A stretch of 56,111 nt of DNA from Gemmatimonadales bacterium (GTDB lineage: Bacteria > Gemmatimonadota > Gemmatimonadetes > Gemmatimonadales > JACORV01): NCBI GenBank assembly GCA_035559335.1, contig DATMBH010000332.1:1-56111 (forward strand). The letters run 5' to 3'. Below, in pieces: positions 35,894 through 47,800 of this stretch. The notes under the pieces were generated by a model. It had not been told where the DNA came from. It did not search any database and saw only the letters and a list, made by a program, of their open reading frames with translations. Position 1 is the stretch's first letter. Each line of letters opens with the position of its first letter. The position numbers were made by a program, and so were the translations under genes.

Positions 35894-38800
35894 ATGAGGC
35901 TTGATACGGCGCTCACCCGCGTCCAGCGCGGGCTGGCCGCGCTCGTCCTTGCCGCGATGGCTGTGTTCTTCCTTCCGGGGGAGTCGCTCGGACAGGGAGT
36001 GACCACTGCTGCCGTGCGGGGGACGGTAGTCGATCAGAACGGAGCTCCGATCGTCGGGGCGGCGGTGACGATGGTGAATGCCGCCAGCGGACTGCGGTTC
36101 GCCGGCCAGACGGTGGAGGGAGGAAGGTTCTTCATCGCGAACGTGATCGCGGGAACCTACTCCATCGAAGCACGGGCTGTCGGCTACCGGCCCTCGCGCC
36201 GCAGCGGGCTGGCCGTGAGCTTGGGGCAGGTGGCGGAAGTGGATCTGCGGCTTGAGGGCGCGGCGGTCGAGCTGACCGCAATCGAGGTGCAGGCGGCTCC
36301 CGAGAACGCGCTGCTCTCGCCTGGCAGGACCGGCCAGGTCTCCTACGTTACGGAAGGGCTGATTCGCAGCCTCCCGTCGCTCAACCGCAACTTCACTGAC
36401 TTCATCCAGACCGTGCCCGGCGTGGTCGGAACCTCGATCGGCGGGCAGAACAACCGATTCAACAACATCCAGATCGACGGCGGTGTTAACAATGACCTGT
36501 TCGGCCTTGCGGCCTCCGGCACGCCCGGTGGTCAGGCCAACGCGCGGCCGATCTCGGTCGAGGCGGTGCGCGAGTTCCAGGTGCTGCTAGCGCCGTTCGA
36601 CGTGCGGCAGGGAGGTTTCACCGGCGGTCTCGTCAATGCGATCACCCGGACCGGGACCAACGAGTTCCGGGGCTCGGTGTTCGGATACCATCAGAATGAG
36701 GGGCTGGTTGGAAACGACACTGCAGGGAACCCGGCCGCCGACTTTACGTTGTCGCAGTACGGCTTCACGTTGGGCGGACCGATCCAGCGCGACCGGATCC
36801 ACTTCTTCGGAGTGGTTGATTTGTCCCGTCGCAGCACGCCGTTCGCCGGCATCACGATCGGATCGGACACGACCGGCGGCGCTGACTCGGTCGGCGTCGG
36901 AATCCGCCGTGCAACGGCCGAGCGGGTGGCGCAGATCGCGCGCGACCAGCTCGGGTTCGATCCGGGTGACTTCCGGGCGCCGACGATCAAGAACCCGGAC
37001 ACCAACTTCTTCTTCAAGCTGACTGCGCAGCTGGGCGGCGCGAGCCAGCTGGAACTCTCGTGGAACCGGGTTGACGCCTCGGACTACAACCTGATTCGCG
37101 CTCCGACGGCGACGGGGTTCCGCGACGGTTACCAGTTATCCAACAGCGGCTACAACTTCGAGTCGGTCACCAACACGCTGCGTGCCCGGCTCAACACGCC
37201 GTTCGGGTCGCGGCTCACCAACGAACTCTTGCTGTCCTACACCACGGTGCGCGACCAGCGCGCGCTGCCCAATCGCCGTCCCCTGATCTTCGTCGGCGGC
37301 GACCGCGCCGGAACCAACATCGCGATCGGCGCCGACCGGTTCTCTCACGCTAATCGTCTCGATCAGGACATCGTCGAGATTACTGACAACCTGACGATCA
37401 ACATGGGTCGTCACACGTTGATCCTGGGCACGCACAACGAGCTGTTCGGGTTCTACAACGTGTTCTTCCCGGCCTCGCTCGGCGTGTGGTCGTTCAGGAA
37501 CGCGGACTCGCTGGCCGCCGGCAATCCCAACCGTTATGAGATTGCTCTTCCGGGACCGCAGCGTCCCGACGGCCCGGTCGCGAACTTCGACGTCACGCAG
37601 TATGGCTTGTATGTGATGGACCAGTGGCAGCCCAATCCGCGGCTGACGCTCACGTTCGGCTTGCGCGCCGACTTCCCGAACATGGACGCCCCTGCCTACA
37701 ACATCACGTTGGACACGGCGGTGGACGTGAGCACCAGCCGCCCGCTGGGCGTTCGGACCGACACCGAACCGACGAGCCAGATACTCTGGTCGCCGAGGAT
37801 CGGCTTCAACTATGACGCACGCGGCGACGGGTCGTTTTACATCCGTGGCGGAGTCGGTGTCTTCAGCGGCAGGCCGCCCTACGTGTGGACCTCGAACGCG
37901 TACGCGAACACCGGGCTGGAGCAGGTCAGCCTGATTTGCACTGGCGCCAACGTGCCGGCGTTCACCGCGGACGTGAACGCCCAGCCGACGACCTGCGGTA
38001 CCGGAGCGGTGGCGCCGATTCCCTCGGTCGTTTTCTACGACCCGGAGTTCAGGTTCCCGCAGACCATGCGCGCTACCGTGGGTTTCGACCGGCAGCTGCC
38101 GTGGGGAGTGGTCGGCACGTTCGATGCCGTGTACACGCGCACCTTGAATTCGTACTACATCGAGGACGTGAACCTGAGAGCTGGCGGCCACTCGATGGGT
38201 GAGGGCGGACGCTTGTTGTACGGCACGCTCTCGACCAGCTCCAGCTCGACGACCCCGCGTCGCCGTACCGCGCGGGCCCGTGACGTGCTGCTGCACCGCA
38301 ACGAGAATCAGGACTACTCGATATCGATTACGGGACAGCTCAACAAGCGGTTCTCGAACGGCCTGGAGTTCAACGCCTCCTACACCTGGTCTCGCACCAT
38401 GGACCTGATGTCCATGACATCGAGCATCGCCAGCTCGAACTTCAGGTTCGCCACGCTCGACGGCACGCTGGAGGATCGCAACCTGAGGCGGTCGGCGTTC
38501 GACATTCCGCATCAGGTGAAGGTGAGCGGCACGGCCCAACTCCCATACCGGTTCCAGTTCTCGCTCTACTATGTGGGCCGGTCGGGATCGCCGTACGCCT
38601 ACGTGGTGTCGAACGACGCCAACGGGGACAGCTGGGGAGGCAACGATCTGGTCTACGTCCCGGCGAATGCCTCGGACATCAGCCTCAACAACCCGGCGCA
38701 GTGGCCGCTGCTGGACGCATACATCCAGAGCGAGCCCTGCCTGCGCGAGCAGCGCGGCCGCATCATGGAGCGCAACAGCTGCCGCAACCCGTGGCAGAGC

Positions 38801-39073
38801 TTCGTGAATGCCCGGGTCACGAAGTCCATTCCGACCTTGCGGGGCCACGACCTCGAGCTGCACGCCGACATCTTCAACCTGCTGTCGTTCCTGGGAGTTG
38901 GCGGCAGGGTTCGTGAGACGTCGCAGTTCGAGGGGCAGAACCTGCTCAGCGTGGCGCGGTACAGCACCGGGCTGAGCCGTCCGATCTACAACCTGCAGCT
39001 CCCCACCAGGGAGCGCCTCAGCGTCAACGCTTCGCGCTGGCGGCTGCAGCTGGGTGCGAGGTATTCGTTCTAG
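35894..39073 (+). CDS. Oar-like TonB-dependent receptor with N-terminal carboxypeptidase-regulatory domain
   Basis: Signal peptide ...PGESLG|QGV. AAVRGTVVDQNGAPIVGAAVTMVN...RFFIANVIAGTYSIEARAVGY. GGQNNRFNNIQIDGGVNNDLFGL and FDVRQGGFTGGLVNAITRTGTNEF are typical of Oar-type barrels. It ends ...LGARYSF. Confidence 0.9.
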   Translation: MRLDTALTRVQRGLAALVLAAMAVFFLPGESLGQGVTTAAVRGTVVDQNGAPIVGAAVTMVNAASGLRFAGQTVEGGRFFIANVIAGTYSIEARAVGYRPSRRSGLAVSLGQVAEVDLRLEGAAVELTAIEVQAAPENALLSPGRTGQVSYVTEGLIRSLPSLNRNFTDFIQTVPGVVGTSIGGQNNRFNNIQIDGGVNNDLFGLAASGTPGGQANARPISVEAVREFQVLLAPFDVRQGGFTGGLVNAITRTGTNEFRGSVFGYHQNEGLVGNDTAGNPAADFTLSQYGFTLGGPIQRDRIHFFGVVDLSRRSTPFAGITIGSDTTGGADSVGVGIRRATAERVAQIARDQLGFDPGDFRAPTIKNPDTNFFFKLTAQLGGASQLELSWNRVDASDYNLIRAPTATGFRDGYQLSNSGYNFESVTNTLRARLNTPFGSRLTNELLLSYTTVRDQRALPNRRPLIFVGGDRAGTNIAIGADRFSHANRLDQDIVEITDNLTINMGRHTLILGTHNELFGFYNVFFPASLGVWSFRNADSLAAGNPNRYEIALPGPQRPDGPVANFDVTQYGLYVMDQWQPNPRLTLTFGLRADFPNMDAPAYNITLDTAVDVSTSRPLGVRTDTEPTSQILWSPRIGFNYDARGDGSFYIRGGVGVFSGRPPYVWTSNAYANTGLEQVSLICTGANVPAFTADVNAQPTTCGTGAVAPIPSVVFYDPEFRFPQTMRATVGFDRQLPWGVVGTFDAVYTRTLNSYYIEDVNLRAGGHSMGEGGRLLYGTLSTSSSSTTPRRRTARARDVLLHRNENQDYSISITGQLNKRFSNGLEFNASYTWSRTMDLMSMTSSIASSNFRFATLDGTLEDRNLRRSAFDIPHQVKVSGTAQLPYRFQFSLYYVGRSGSPYAYVVSNDANGDSWGGNDLVYVPANASDISLNNPAQWPLLDAYIQSEPCLREQRGRIMERNSCRNPWQSFVNARVTKSIPTLRGHDLELHADIFNLLSFLGVGGRVRETSQFEGQNLLSVARYSTGLSRPIYNLQLPTRERLSVNASRWRLQLGARYSF

Positions 39074-39093
39074 CGACAGGGACGAGGGAATAG

Positions 39094-39128
39094 CGAACAG
39101 GGAGCAGGGAAAACCTGCTCCCTGTTCG
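39094..39128. terminator. bidirectional intrinsic terminator
   Basis: Perfect 15-bp stem cgaacagggagcagg / cctgctccctgttcg, loop gaaaa, followed by tttcc. It lies between convergent genes. Confidence 0.8.
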
Positions 39129-39141
39129 TTTCCGGGTCCGC

Positions 39142-40224
39142 TCAGGTACGGGCGCGCAGAAACAGCGTCAGGCCGGCGATTCCAAACAGCCCGTTAGGTA
39201 ACCAGGCTGCCAGTGTGGGGTCGAGCGCGCCACCGGCGCCGACGGCCTTGGCGATCTGGATCAGCATCAGGAACACGATGGTGGTCGCCAGCGAGACCGC
39301 GACCCCGTACGCAGTGCCGCTGCGGGCCCCGCTCATGCCGAGCGGCGCGCCGAACAGCGCGATTATCAGGCAGGTCGCAGGGACGGCGAGCTTCAGCGCG
39401 CGCTGCACCTTCAGCTTGTTGGCGTTGTTGCCGGAGCGCTCCAGCGTGCGCACGTAGTGGCCCAGCTCTCGGTAGCTCATCTGGTCCGGGGCCTTGGGCT
39501 CGGTTAGCAGGTCGGCGGGCCGCTCCGTCATGGCCCGCTGGCGCAGCTCCCGGAACCCGAAGGCGATCTCGTGGTCGTTGCTCAGGAACAGGCGCAACGT
39601 ACCCTCGTACAGCCGCCAGCCGGTATCTTGGCTCCAGTTCCCGCGCGAGGCAGTTAGGAAATAGCCGGGGAATTCGGGGCCGGTGCCCTCGCGCTCGATC
39701 TGGATGTCGGTCATCTGGCTGTCTAGCACCGCCAGGCTGCGGATCGCGTAGGTCCGACCGCCGTCGGCGCGAAACACGAAGTTGTAGCGCGCGGTCTGGG
39801 AGCGGACTTCCCGGTCGCCGGTAAGCTCGTCCTTGCGCTCGTTGGCGCGCGGTACCACTTCACCGAGCGCGAAGGTCAGGCCCGCGGCCAGGACCGCCAG
39901 CAGGAAGATCGGCGCCACCAGCCGGTGAAACGACACTCCGCTGGCCTTAGCGGCCGTTATCTCCGAGTGTCGCGACAGGGCTCCGACGGAGAACACGGTG
40001 GCGAACAGCACCGCAGCCGGCGTGATGAAGAAGACCTGCTCAGGGGCGGTGTAGAGATAGGCGAGCGCGATCCGGCGCGCCGGAATACCGCGGGCCAGAT
40101 ACTTGTCGATGTTGTCCGTCAGGTGGATCAGGATCGTAAACAGCGGGAACCCGACGACGGTCATACCGAAGATGCGCAGGAATTCGCGCACCACATAACG
40201 GTCCAGTATGCGAGGCACGATCAT
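39142..40224 (-). CDS. LptF/LptG-family (YjgP/YjgQ) permease
   Basis: MIVPRILDRYVVREFLRIFGMTVV... is the canonical family N-terminus. Six-TM layout with a periplasmic insert. ATG 40224 overlaps the upstream stop (ATGA). Confidence 0.85.
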   Translation of the reverse strand: MIVPRILDRYVVREFLRIFGMTVVGFPLFTILIHLTDNIDKYLARGIPARRIALAYLYTAPEQVFFITPAAVLFATVFSVGALSRHSEITAAKASGVSFHRLVAPIFLLAVLAAGLTFALGEVVPRANERKDELTGDREVRSQTARYNFVFRADGGRTYAIRSLAVLDSQMTDIQIEREGTGPEFPGYFLTASRGNWSQDTGWRLYEGTLRLFLSNDHEIAFGFRELRQRAMTERPADLLTEPKAPDQMSYRELGHYVRTLERSGNNANKLKVQRALKLAVPATCLIIALFGAPLGMSGARSGTAYGVAVSLATTIVFLMLIQIAKAVGAGGALDPTLAAWLPNGLFGIAGLTLFLRART

Positions 40225-41759
40225 GCCGGCCCCAGCAGCCGCAGCTTGAGGCGGGTGCGCAGGTAGCGCAGCAGCTCGTCCCACGCCCCGCCACGCGTGG
40301 TGGCGCGCTCACGGCCCAGGCGTGTGAACAGCCAGGCGCCGATGGCGACCATCAGCAGGTTCGGCGCCCACATCGCCCAAAACGGAGGGATGATCAGCCG
40401 GTCGGCCAGGGTTTCGCCGCCGATCAGCCCTATGTAGTACACGCCGAAGATCGCGACCGATGCTCCGATCGTCAGGCCGATGCCGCCGCGGGGGAAATGC
40501 AGCGCTACCGGCACGCCAATCAACACGAACACGATGCACGAGACCGCGATCGACCACTTCTTGTGGATCTCCACCTGGTACGTGGCCGCATGCTGCAGCG
40601 CCGCGCGGCGCCGGGCCTCGAAGATCGCGAGCTGGCTCCTGAGGTCGGTGCCCTCAGGGTCGCCAGCCACTGGCGCGCGCACCGGGGCCACCGGTCGCTC
40701 GGGCAGCTGCACCGGGCCCTGGCGCAGCGAGCCCGAGGCTGGCGCGGGAGGTTCACTCGCTCCGCCGCTCCGCCGCGCCAGCCACGAGCCGATCAGACCC
40801 TGCAGGGCGCAATACAGTCCAGTGGCTCCCCTGGCGTGCGCCGGCGGCGGGGTCGTGTCGGCCGGAACCGGTGGCGCGCCCGCGAGCGAGAGCGCGTCCT
40901 GCAGCACGACCCGTCTGCGATCGCGCTCGATGCCGGACACGGAGCGGAAGTCGCCACGTACTATGGCGTCCATCTCGCACACGGTCATCTCGCGGTCGCC
41001 CTTGTAGTTGTCTTCCTCAGTGCGCTGCAGCGTGTTTGAGACTCCGGCCACCCTCACGAGGTCAGTACGGAAGAAGACGCGCCGGAATCCGGCCGCGTCG
41101 GCGCGGTCATAGTCGTGCGCGTAGCCGTCGAACAGCGTGAGGTACAGATCGGTGCGATCGGCGTTGTAGCGGATGTAGCCCGAGTCGGCATAGATGGTGC
41201 GGCGCCTCTGATCGTTGGCAAGGTCGTACAGCACCACGTCGGTCATGCGATCGGCCGCCTGGTCTATCCGCCCGGCCCGAAGGAACAGCTGCCCCGGCAC
41301 CACCTCGTTGACCATCTGTTCCTTCAATTCGAAGGTCGGTTTCTTGCGGGCGATGTCCACCAGCAGCGTCTTCAGCTTGTGATTGGAGCGCGGCAGCACC
41401 TGGTCGACGAACAGGAACGTGCCGATCGCCAGGACGGTCGAAGCGACGAGGACCGGGGCTACGAACCGCCCCATGTGGACCCCGGTGGCCTTGAGCGCGA
41501 CGATCTCGCTGTCCGCGCCAAGCCGGCTGAAGGCATGCAGCACCGCCACCAGCACCGCCATCGGGATGGTCATCGCCAGCATGAACGGGAACGAGAGCGC
41601 GAACACCTCGGCTATCACGCCCCAGGGCAGCCCCTTGCCAATCAGGTTGGCGAACTGCTTGGCGATCTGGTTGAGCAGCATGAGCCCCGTCAGGGCCCCC
41701 AGCGCGAAACAGAAGGGGGCGACGTGCTCCTTGAGGAGGTAGCGTGAGAGGATTCGCAT
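40221..41759 (-). CDS. LptF/LptG-family permease with an extended Pro/Ala-rich insert
   Basis: MRILSRYLLKEHVAPFCFALGALTGLMLLNQI... is the family N-terminus. In-frame ATG at 41759; the track ORF to 42338 is antisense to sprA. At 512 aa it is longer than its 360-aa partner. Confidence 0.8.
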   Translation of the reverse strand: MRILSRYLLKEHVAPFCFALGALTGLMLLNQIAKQFANLIGKGLPWGVIAEVFALSFPFMLAMTIPMAVLVAVLHAFSRLGADSEIVALKATGVHMGRFVAPVLVASTVLAIGTFLFVDQVLPRSNHKLKTLLVDIARKKPTFELKEQMVNEVVPGQLFLRAGRIDQAADRMTDVVLYDLANDQRRRTIYADSGYIRYNADRTDLYLTLFDGYAHDYDRADAAGFRRVFFRTDLVRVAGVSNTLQRTEEDNYKGDREMTVCEMDAIVRGDFRSVSGIERDRRRVVLQDALSLAGAPPVPADTTPPPAHARGATGLYCALQGLIGSWLARRSGGASEPPAPASGSLRQGPVQLPERPVAPVRAPVAGDPEGTDLRSQLAIFEARRRAALQHAATYQVEIHKKWSIAVSCIVFVLIGVPVALHFPRGGIGLTIGASVAIFGVYYIGLIGGETLADRLIIPPFWAMWAPNLLMVAIGAWLFTRLGRERATTRGGAWDELLRYLRTRLKLRLLGPA

Positions 41760-41811
41760 CCGTATCGTACGCCTCAGTGCCGGCCAAGATAATACCCCGA
41801 ACCCGCGGAAC

Positions 41812-44800
41812 GTGACGCGCAGGCTCGCTGTAACCTTCCTCCTGGCCGGTCTGACGGCCTCGCGTGCCCTGGCCCAGGGCCCTGAGGAGCCATTCGGCAT
41901 CCGCGTCGCCCGGCTTCGCGCTGACAGCCTGGTTCTGGAGGTCCCTGCGGCCTTCGAGGGCTCCGGACGGCTGGCCTGGCCCCGCCGTCCAGCCGCTGTG
42001 CTGGCGGATGAGTGGATGCGCAGGCTCACCGCGAGACTGGAGGCGCGGGCGGCCCGGCGCTGGAGCGCGCTGCTGCTCGGCGACTCGTCGCTGCTGGTGG
42101 CTCCACCCCGTGCGGATCTGGCGGGTGTTCCGGCACTCATCGCTCCGGCCCTGGAACCCGACCGGCAGCCGCTCAGCCTGATCGCGGAGTACGCGCAGCT
42201 GGGGATGCAGGTGAACTCGCGACTGGAACTCAGAATGGAACGGTTCCGCAACGAGCGCTGCACCTCGGCAGACGCGACGCGCCTGTCCCAAGGCTGCCGC
42301 GGCGGGTTCAACGCGCCGCGTCTGGAGCCGCAGTTCACCGTGCGGGCGGGCGGCCTGGTTGGCCAGCGACTGCACGTGAACGTGGACTACGACTCGGAAC
42401 GCGAGTTCCAGACTTCGAACAACGTTAACGTGTACTACCAGGGTCTCGAGGACGAGATCCTGCGTCGGGTCGAAGTCGGAAACGTGACGTTCGCCCCGCC
42501 GGCCTCGCGCTTCATCACTGCTGGCATTCCATCCAACAACTTCGGTGTCCGGGTCGAGGCCCAGTTGGGCGCGCTCGAGCTGTCCGGAATCTTCGCTCAG
42601 CAGCAGGGGAATGTGGTGCGGGGGCGTACGTTTACCATCGGTGACCGCACCGTGCTGCCGGTCGAGCGGGAACTCCAGGACCGCGACTTCGAGCCGTTGC
42701 GCTTCTTCTTCGTGATCGACCCCGCCCTGCTGCCCGGATATCCTGCGGTGGACCCGCTGGGCCTGTCGGCCACAGCCCTCCCGGCGAGCCAGCAGCTGGT
42801 GCAGGTGCGGGCCTACCGGCGGCGCAGCACGGCCAATCGCCCGCAGGCCGAGCAGGCGTTGACAGGCATCGAGGCAGTGGCGGTGCGCGACGACTCGCCG
42901 CAGCGGGCGGGCCCCTTCACGTGGGAAGCGCTGATCGAGGGCCGCGACTTCTATCTCGATCCGTCGGGCCTATGGCTCGCCCTGGTGGCGCGGCTGGATC
43001 CGGAGGATTTCCTGGCGGTGTCGTACGTCACAGCGGCAGGGGATACCGTCGGCACGTTCCCCGCGGTCGGCACCGCCGGGCGCGTGGACACCCTGGTGTT
43101 GATCCACGAACCACGCCGAGGCACTGAAGTCCCGACGTTCCGTCACGAGATGCGGAACGCATACCGCGTGGGGGCCACGGATGATGTGGTGCGCGAGTCG
43201 GCCACGCTGCGGATCACGGTTGCAGAAGCCGAGCGCCCCACCGGCAGCAATGTGACCTTTCTGCAGTTGACCGGCGTTGCCCTTTCGAGCGACGGGACTC
43301 GGTTCGACCAGTACAACCGGATGTTCCCGCGGGAGCGCGACCCGGGCGGCGGCCAGCCGCTGCGCGACATGTTCGTGGTGTTTCCCCACCTGACGCCGTT
43401 CGCCGACGCCGCTCTGGCGCCGGAGTTCCGCAACGACTCGCTGTACCGCACACCCACCTACCTGCTGCGGACGCAGGGGCCCACGCCGTTGTATTCGCTG
43501 CGGATGGGCTACGACTCGCGGGGCGGCGATGACCGGCGGATCCTGTCGCTAGGGGGCTTCCAGATTCGGGCGGGGAGCGAGCGCATAACGGCGGGGGGCC
43601 GCGCGCTGACGCGCGGAGTGGACTACACCATGAACTACGAGGTCGGGCAGGTAACGTTTCTGAACCCCGACTCGTTGTTTCCGCAGCCGACCACGGTAGT
43701 CGTGCAGTACGAGGAGAACCCGGCCTTCGCGATCGCGCCCACGTCGCTGTACGGACTGCAAGCGCGCTACGACCTGGGCGACCACGGCGCCATCACCGCG
43801 ACCGGACTGTTGCAACGAGAGCGCACACTGTTCACCCGCCCGCCGCTCGGCTTCGAGCCGTCGTCCAACGCGGTCGGGGGCGTCAGTGCCGCGCTGGTGT
43901 TCGAGCCGACACGCCTGACGCGGCTGCTGGACGCGTTGCCGCTGGTGACGGCCAGCGCTCCCTCCCGGATCAACCTCGACGCGGAGCTAGCGGTGTCGCG
44001 GCCGTCTCCCAACCAGCTGGGTGTGGCGTACGTCGAAACCTTTGAATCCGAGGGTGGCCTGTTTCTGCCGTTAGGCGAGGACCTGTGGGAGTACGGGAGC
44101 AGGCCGTCCTCCGGCCGCGGCGCCGCGGCTGCCGGCATTGACCCGGTGCTCGGTTTCAGCGACGCCGACGCGGTGCTGCTGACGTGGCAGAACCTGATCC
44201 CCAGCGCCGACGGCAACGTGTTTACGCTGGTCCCCAGGGAGATCGACCCCGCGATCGTCACGCAGGGTACCGGCGATCAGGCTGAAACGGTGATGTGGAT
44301 GGCGCTCCACCCGGACACGGTGGGCGGCAACCTGGACCCGGTGAGCTTCCGGCAGCGGTGGCTGCTGCCCCACACTCCAGGGCCGCGCTGGCGGTCCATC
44401 ACGCTGCCGCTCAATGCCACTGGCCTCGACCTGTCCCGGGTCGAATTCCTGGAGTTCTGGGTGCTCGAAGACGACGAGCGGCGGGCCCGCAACGCTGGGC
44501 TGACGATGGTGCTCGATTTCGGCACCGTGTACGAGGACGCGGTGGACTTCCTGCCCACAGGATTCCGGGTCAGCGGCCGGGACACGACTTACAGCGGCCG
44601 CCGCCGGGCGGGCGAGGGCCGGCTCGACACCGAGCGTGATACCCTCACCAACGCGTTCAACGCGCTCACCAGCGACGTGGGGATCCTCGGCGACGTTGCG
44701 GACTCGATAGTCAATCTGGACACCGGCCAACGTGTCGACAGTCTTGCCCTGTGTCGCTCCGAGCTGTCGCGGGCACTGGTGGTGTACTCGTGGGGTTCGC

Positions 44801-47800
44801 CTTCGCCGCACTGCACCCGCCGCAACGGAAGGGCCGACACCGAGGACCTCAACAACGATCAGCGGCTCGACTCGCTCGTGACCGGCCAGGGCGAGAACTT
44901 TTTCCGGTACGTGTTCCCGGTGGGAGACCAGCGCTTCTTTGTGCGCGAGGGCGGTCAGATTCCGGGACTCGGCCGCTGGCGCCTGTACCGGATCCCGTTC
45001 CGCACGGACACGATCCAAGTAGGATTGCCTAACGTGAGGCAGATCCAGGCGCTGCGGCTTACCATCGCAGTCCCACAGGCAGCGGCTGAGTCGACTCTGT
45101 TCTTCGCTCTGGCGCGCATGAAGCTGGTGGGCGCTCCGTGGGTCAAGCGGAGCGGGACGCCGATCGCTGGCCTGTCGGGCTCGCGCGGCCAGGGCCACGG
45201 CGAGGTGATCGCAAGCGTGGTGTCCACCGAGAACCGCGCTGATCTGGGCTACGAGCCGCCGCCCGGCGTGACGGACCAGGGCTCGCAGGCGGGCGGCGGA
45301 TTCAACGTGGGCGCGGTGCAGATCAACGAGCGCTCGCTGCGGCTCATCGCATCCGACGTGCGGGTGGGCGAGCGCGCCGAGGCGTTTTACCGGTTCCCCG
45401 AAGGCGAGCGCAACTTCCTCGGCTACCGCCAGCTCAGGGTGTGGGCCCGCGGGCGCGGCGCCGGGTGGAACGAGCGTCACCTCGCCTTCTACGTGAAGGT
45501 GGCCCAGGACGAGAACAACTTCTACCTCTACCGCGCCCACGCCTCGACCGTGACCTGGGAGCCGGAGGCGGTGGTGGATATCGGCACGTGGCTGCGGCTG
45601 CGCGCCGAGGTCGAAACGCGGTGGCTGCGCGGCGAGGGGCCGTCGGGCGCCGCGCTGTGCGGCGGCGACAGCCTGGCGTACGTGGCCTGCTCTGGCCCAT
45701 ATCTCGTGCACGTGCGGAACCCGGGCGTGGCCCCTCCCAATCTGGCGCGCGTCCAGGAACTGGCCGTGGGCTTCGTGCGCGACAGTGGCGCCGCCACCGA
45801 CAGCGCCGAGTTGTGGGTCAACGATGTGCGCCTTACGGGCGTGGTGGACGATGCTGGGTATGCGGGAGCTGTCAGCCTGCGGGTTGCCGCCTCGGACATC
45901 GCGGACCTGCAGCTGCAGCTGTCCCGGCGCGACCCGAACTTCCGGCAACTGGGCGACGAACCCAGCTACATCGGCCAGAACCAGTTCGCGGTCGCGTCGG
46001 CCATAAGGTTGGAGCGCTTCGGTCTGGAGCGACTGGGGCTGGCGGCGCCGCTGTCGCTGCGGTTCGAGCGCGCCGGCGAGGACCCCTTCTACCTCAACCG
46101 CAGCGACGTGCTCGCAGAGGGGCTGCAGGGGCTGCGCCGCCCCAGGACGGATGCGTCCAGCGTGCTGCTGACTTTGCGCCGGACCCGGCGCGGCAACGCC
46201 TGGTGGCAGCGCGCGCTGGTTGACAACGTAACGCTGTCGGCAAGCTGGCAGTCGGCTGACGCTACCACCACGCTGAGCCAGTCGAGTACTCGGCTGTCGG
46301 ACTACCGCGCCGACTACAACCTCACGCTCGGCAATCGCTCGTTCACGCTGCTGCCCGGTTTCGTCCGGGACCTGCTAGGATCTCTCCCCGGGTTCATGCG
46401 TCGCAGTCAGCTGGTGCGCGGTCTGATGGACAGCCGGCTGCGCTGGACTCCGGTTCAGGTGCAGCTGGTTTCCGGACTTACCCGCGGCGAGGTGGAGCGT
46501 TCAACGTACCGGGTGCCGGTTGAAACCGAAGCGGACACCGCGCGCCTGATCAACACCACTACTGCAGCTCTCCGGACGTCAGCGAGAATCGACACCCGGC
46601 CGTTTCAGTCGCTGCAGCTGGGCGCCGAGTTGAGTTCAGAGCGTGACCTACGCGACTACGGTGACACGACGACCGTGGCTGCCGTCGCATCGCAGAGTCG
46701 GCAACGGTTTCTCGGTGCCGACGTCGGGTTCGAGCGCGCCCGCACCCTGTCAACGCGCATGAGCTATGCGCCGGATGTTTCATCGTGGCTCAGGCCGCGC
46801 TTCGGCTACACCTCGACGTTTGGCTTGGCGCGGGATCCCAACGCTGCCACGCCGGAGCGAACCGAGGGCGACAGCGCCGGCGCGTTCCGGTTGCCCACGG
46901 CCTTCAGCACCGCGCGTTCCACCGACGTGACTCTGAGCGCCGACCCGTCGCGGCTGCTGCGGCTACTGTTTGGAGACTCGGGCGCCGTACGGAGGCTCCT
47001 GGACCGCCTGGGTCAGGTTGACGCCGGACGCCGCGTGGACACTCGTGCCCAGTTCAACCGCGCCGGTTCCGATCCTGGAGTGGCCTTCCAGACCGGCCTG
47101 GTGGGTCTGGGAGCTCTGCTGGTTCACAATGGCCAGCTGGCCTCCGCGGCGACGGAAGTGACGCAGGACAGGATCTCGGGTTCGCTGCGCCTGCCGCTGA
47201 ACGTCCAGGTGACGTCGGCGTACGCGGAGCGCCGGGCGCGGGCCTGGAACGCGCGGCAGGGGGTGCAGCTCGGCCAGGTCGCAACGGAAACGGACTGGCC
47301 CAACGTCAGCATCCGGTGGAACTACAGTCCCTCGCGCGGTGCAATACGCAGCGTGCTGAGCAATATCAGCGCCTCCGCGGGAACGCGGCTGCGGGAGTCG
47401 GTTTCCGAGGTGCAGGCGCCGGGTGGCGGCGCGCCGCTGCGCAGCGCCACCGAATCGCGGGCCGTACCGCTGTCGCTGTCCGTGACCTGGGCCCTCAGGA
47501 TCACGACCAGTGTGACTCTGAGCGGCGAGCGCGCCCGGACGGAGCGGTCCGGGTCGCTGACGCTGAGCGACCGCGACCAACTGACGGCCACGGCTTCCTT
47601 CGCGTTCCGGTTCCCGCAGGAATACGTTCCATTGCGGTCCGACGTGCGCACCTCGCTGCGTTACTCGCACAGCGCCAACACCGGCTGTGTGGCCCGGGCG
47701 GGGACGCCCGGCTGCGTTCCCATCTCGGATTCGCGCCGAACCGAGTACGTTCTCATCATGGATACCGACATGCCACCTAACGTCACAGCCGGTCTGTCGA

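Noticed and set aside
41760-42338. N-terminal extensions of track ORFs: 40221-42338, 3726-5330, 11652-12875, 13717-14697, 12485-13858, 33721-35709 and 6470-8530.
   Set aside because: The extensions run antisense into neighbouring real genes or intergenic DNA and are Ser/Arg/Pro-rich. Internal starts with an RBS or 4-nt stop/start overlaps reproduce the family-typical N-termini.
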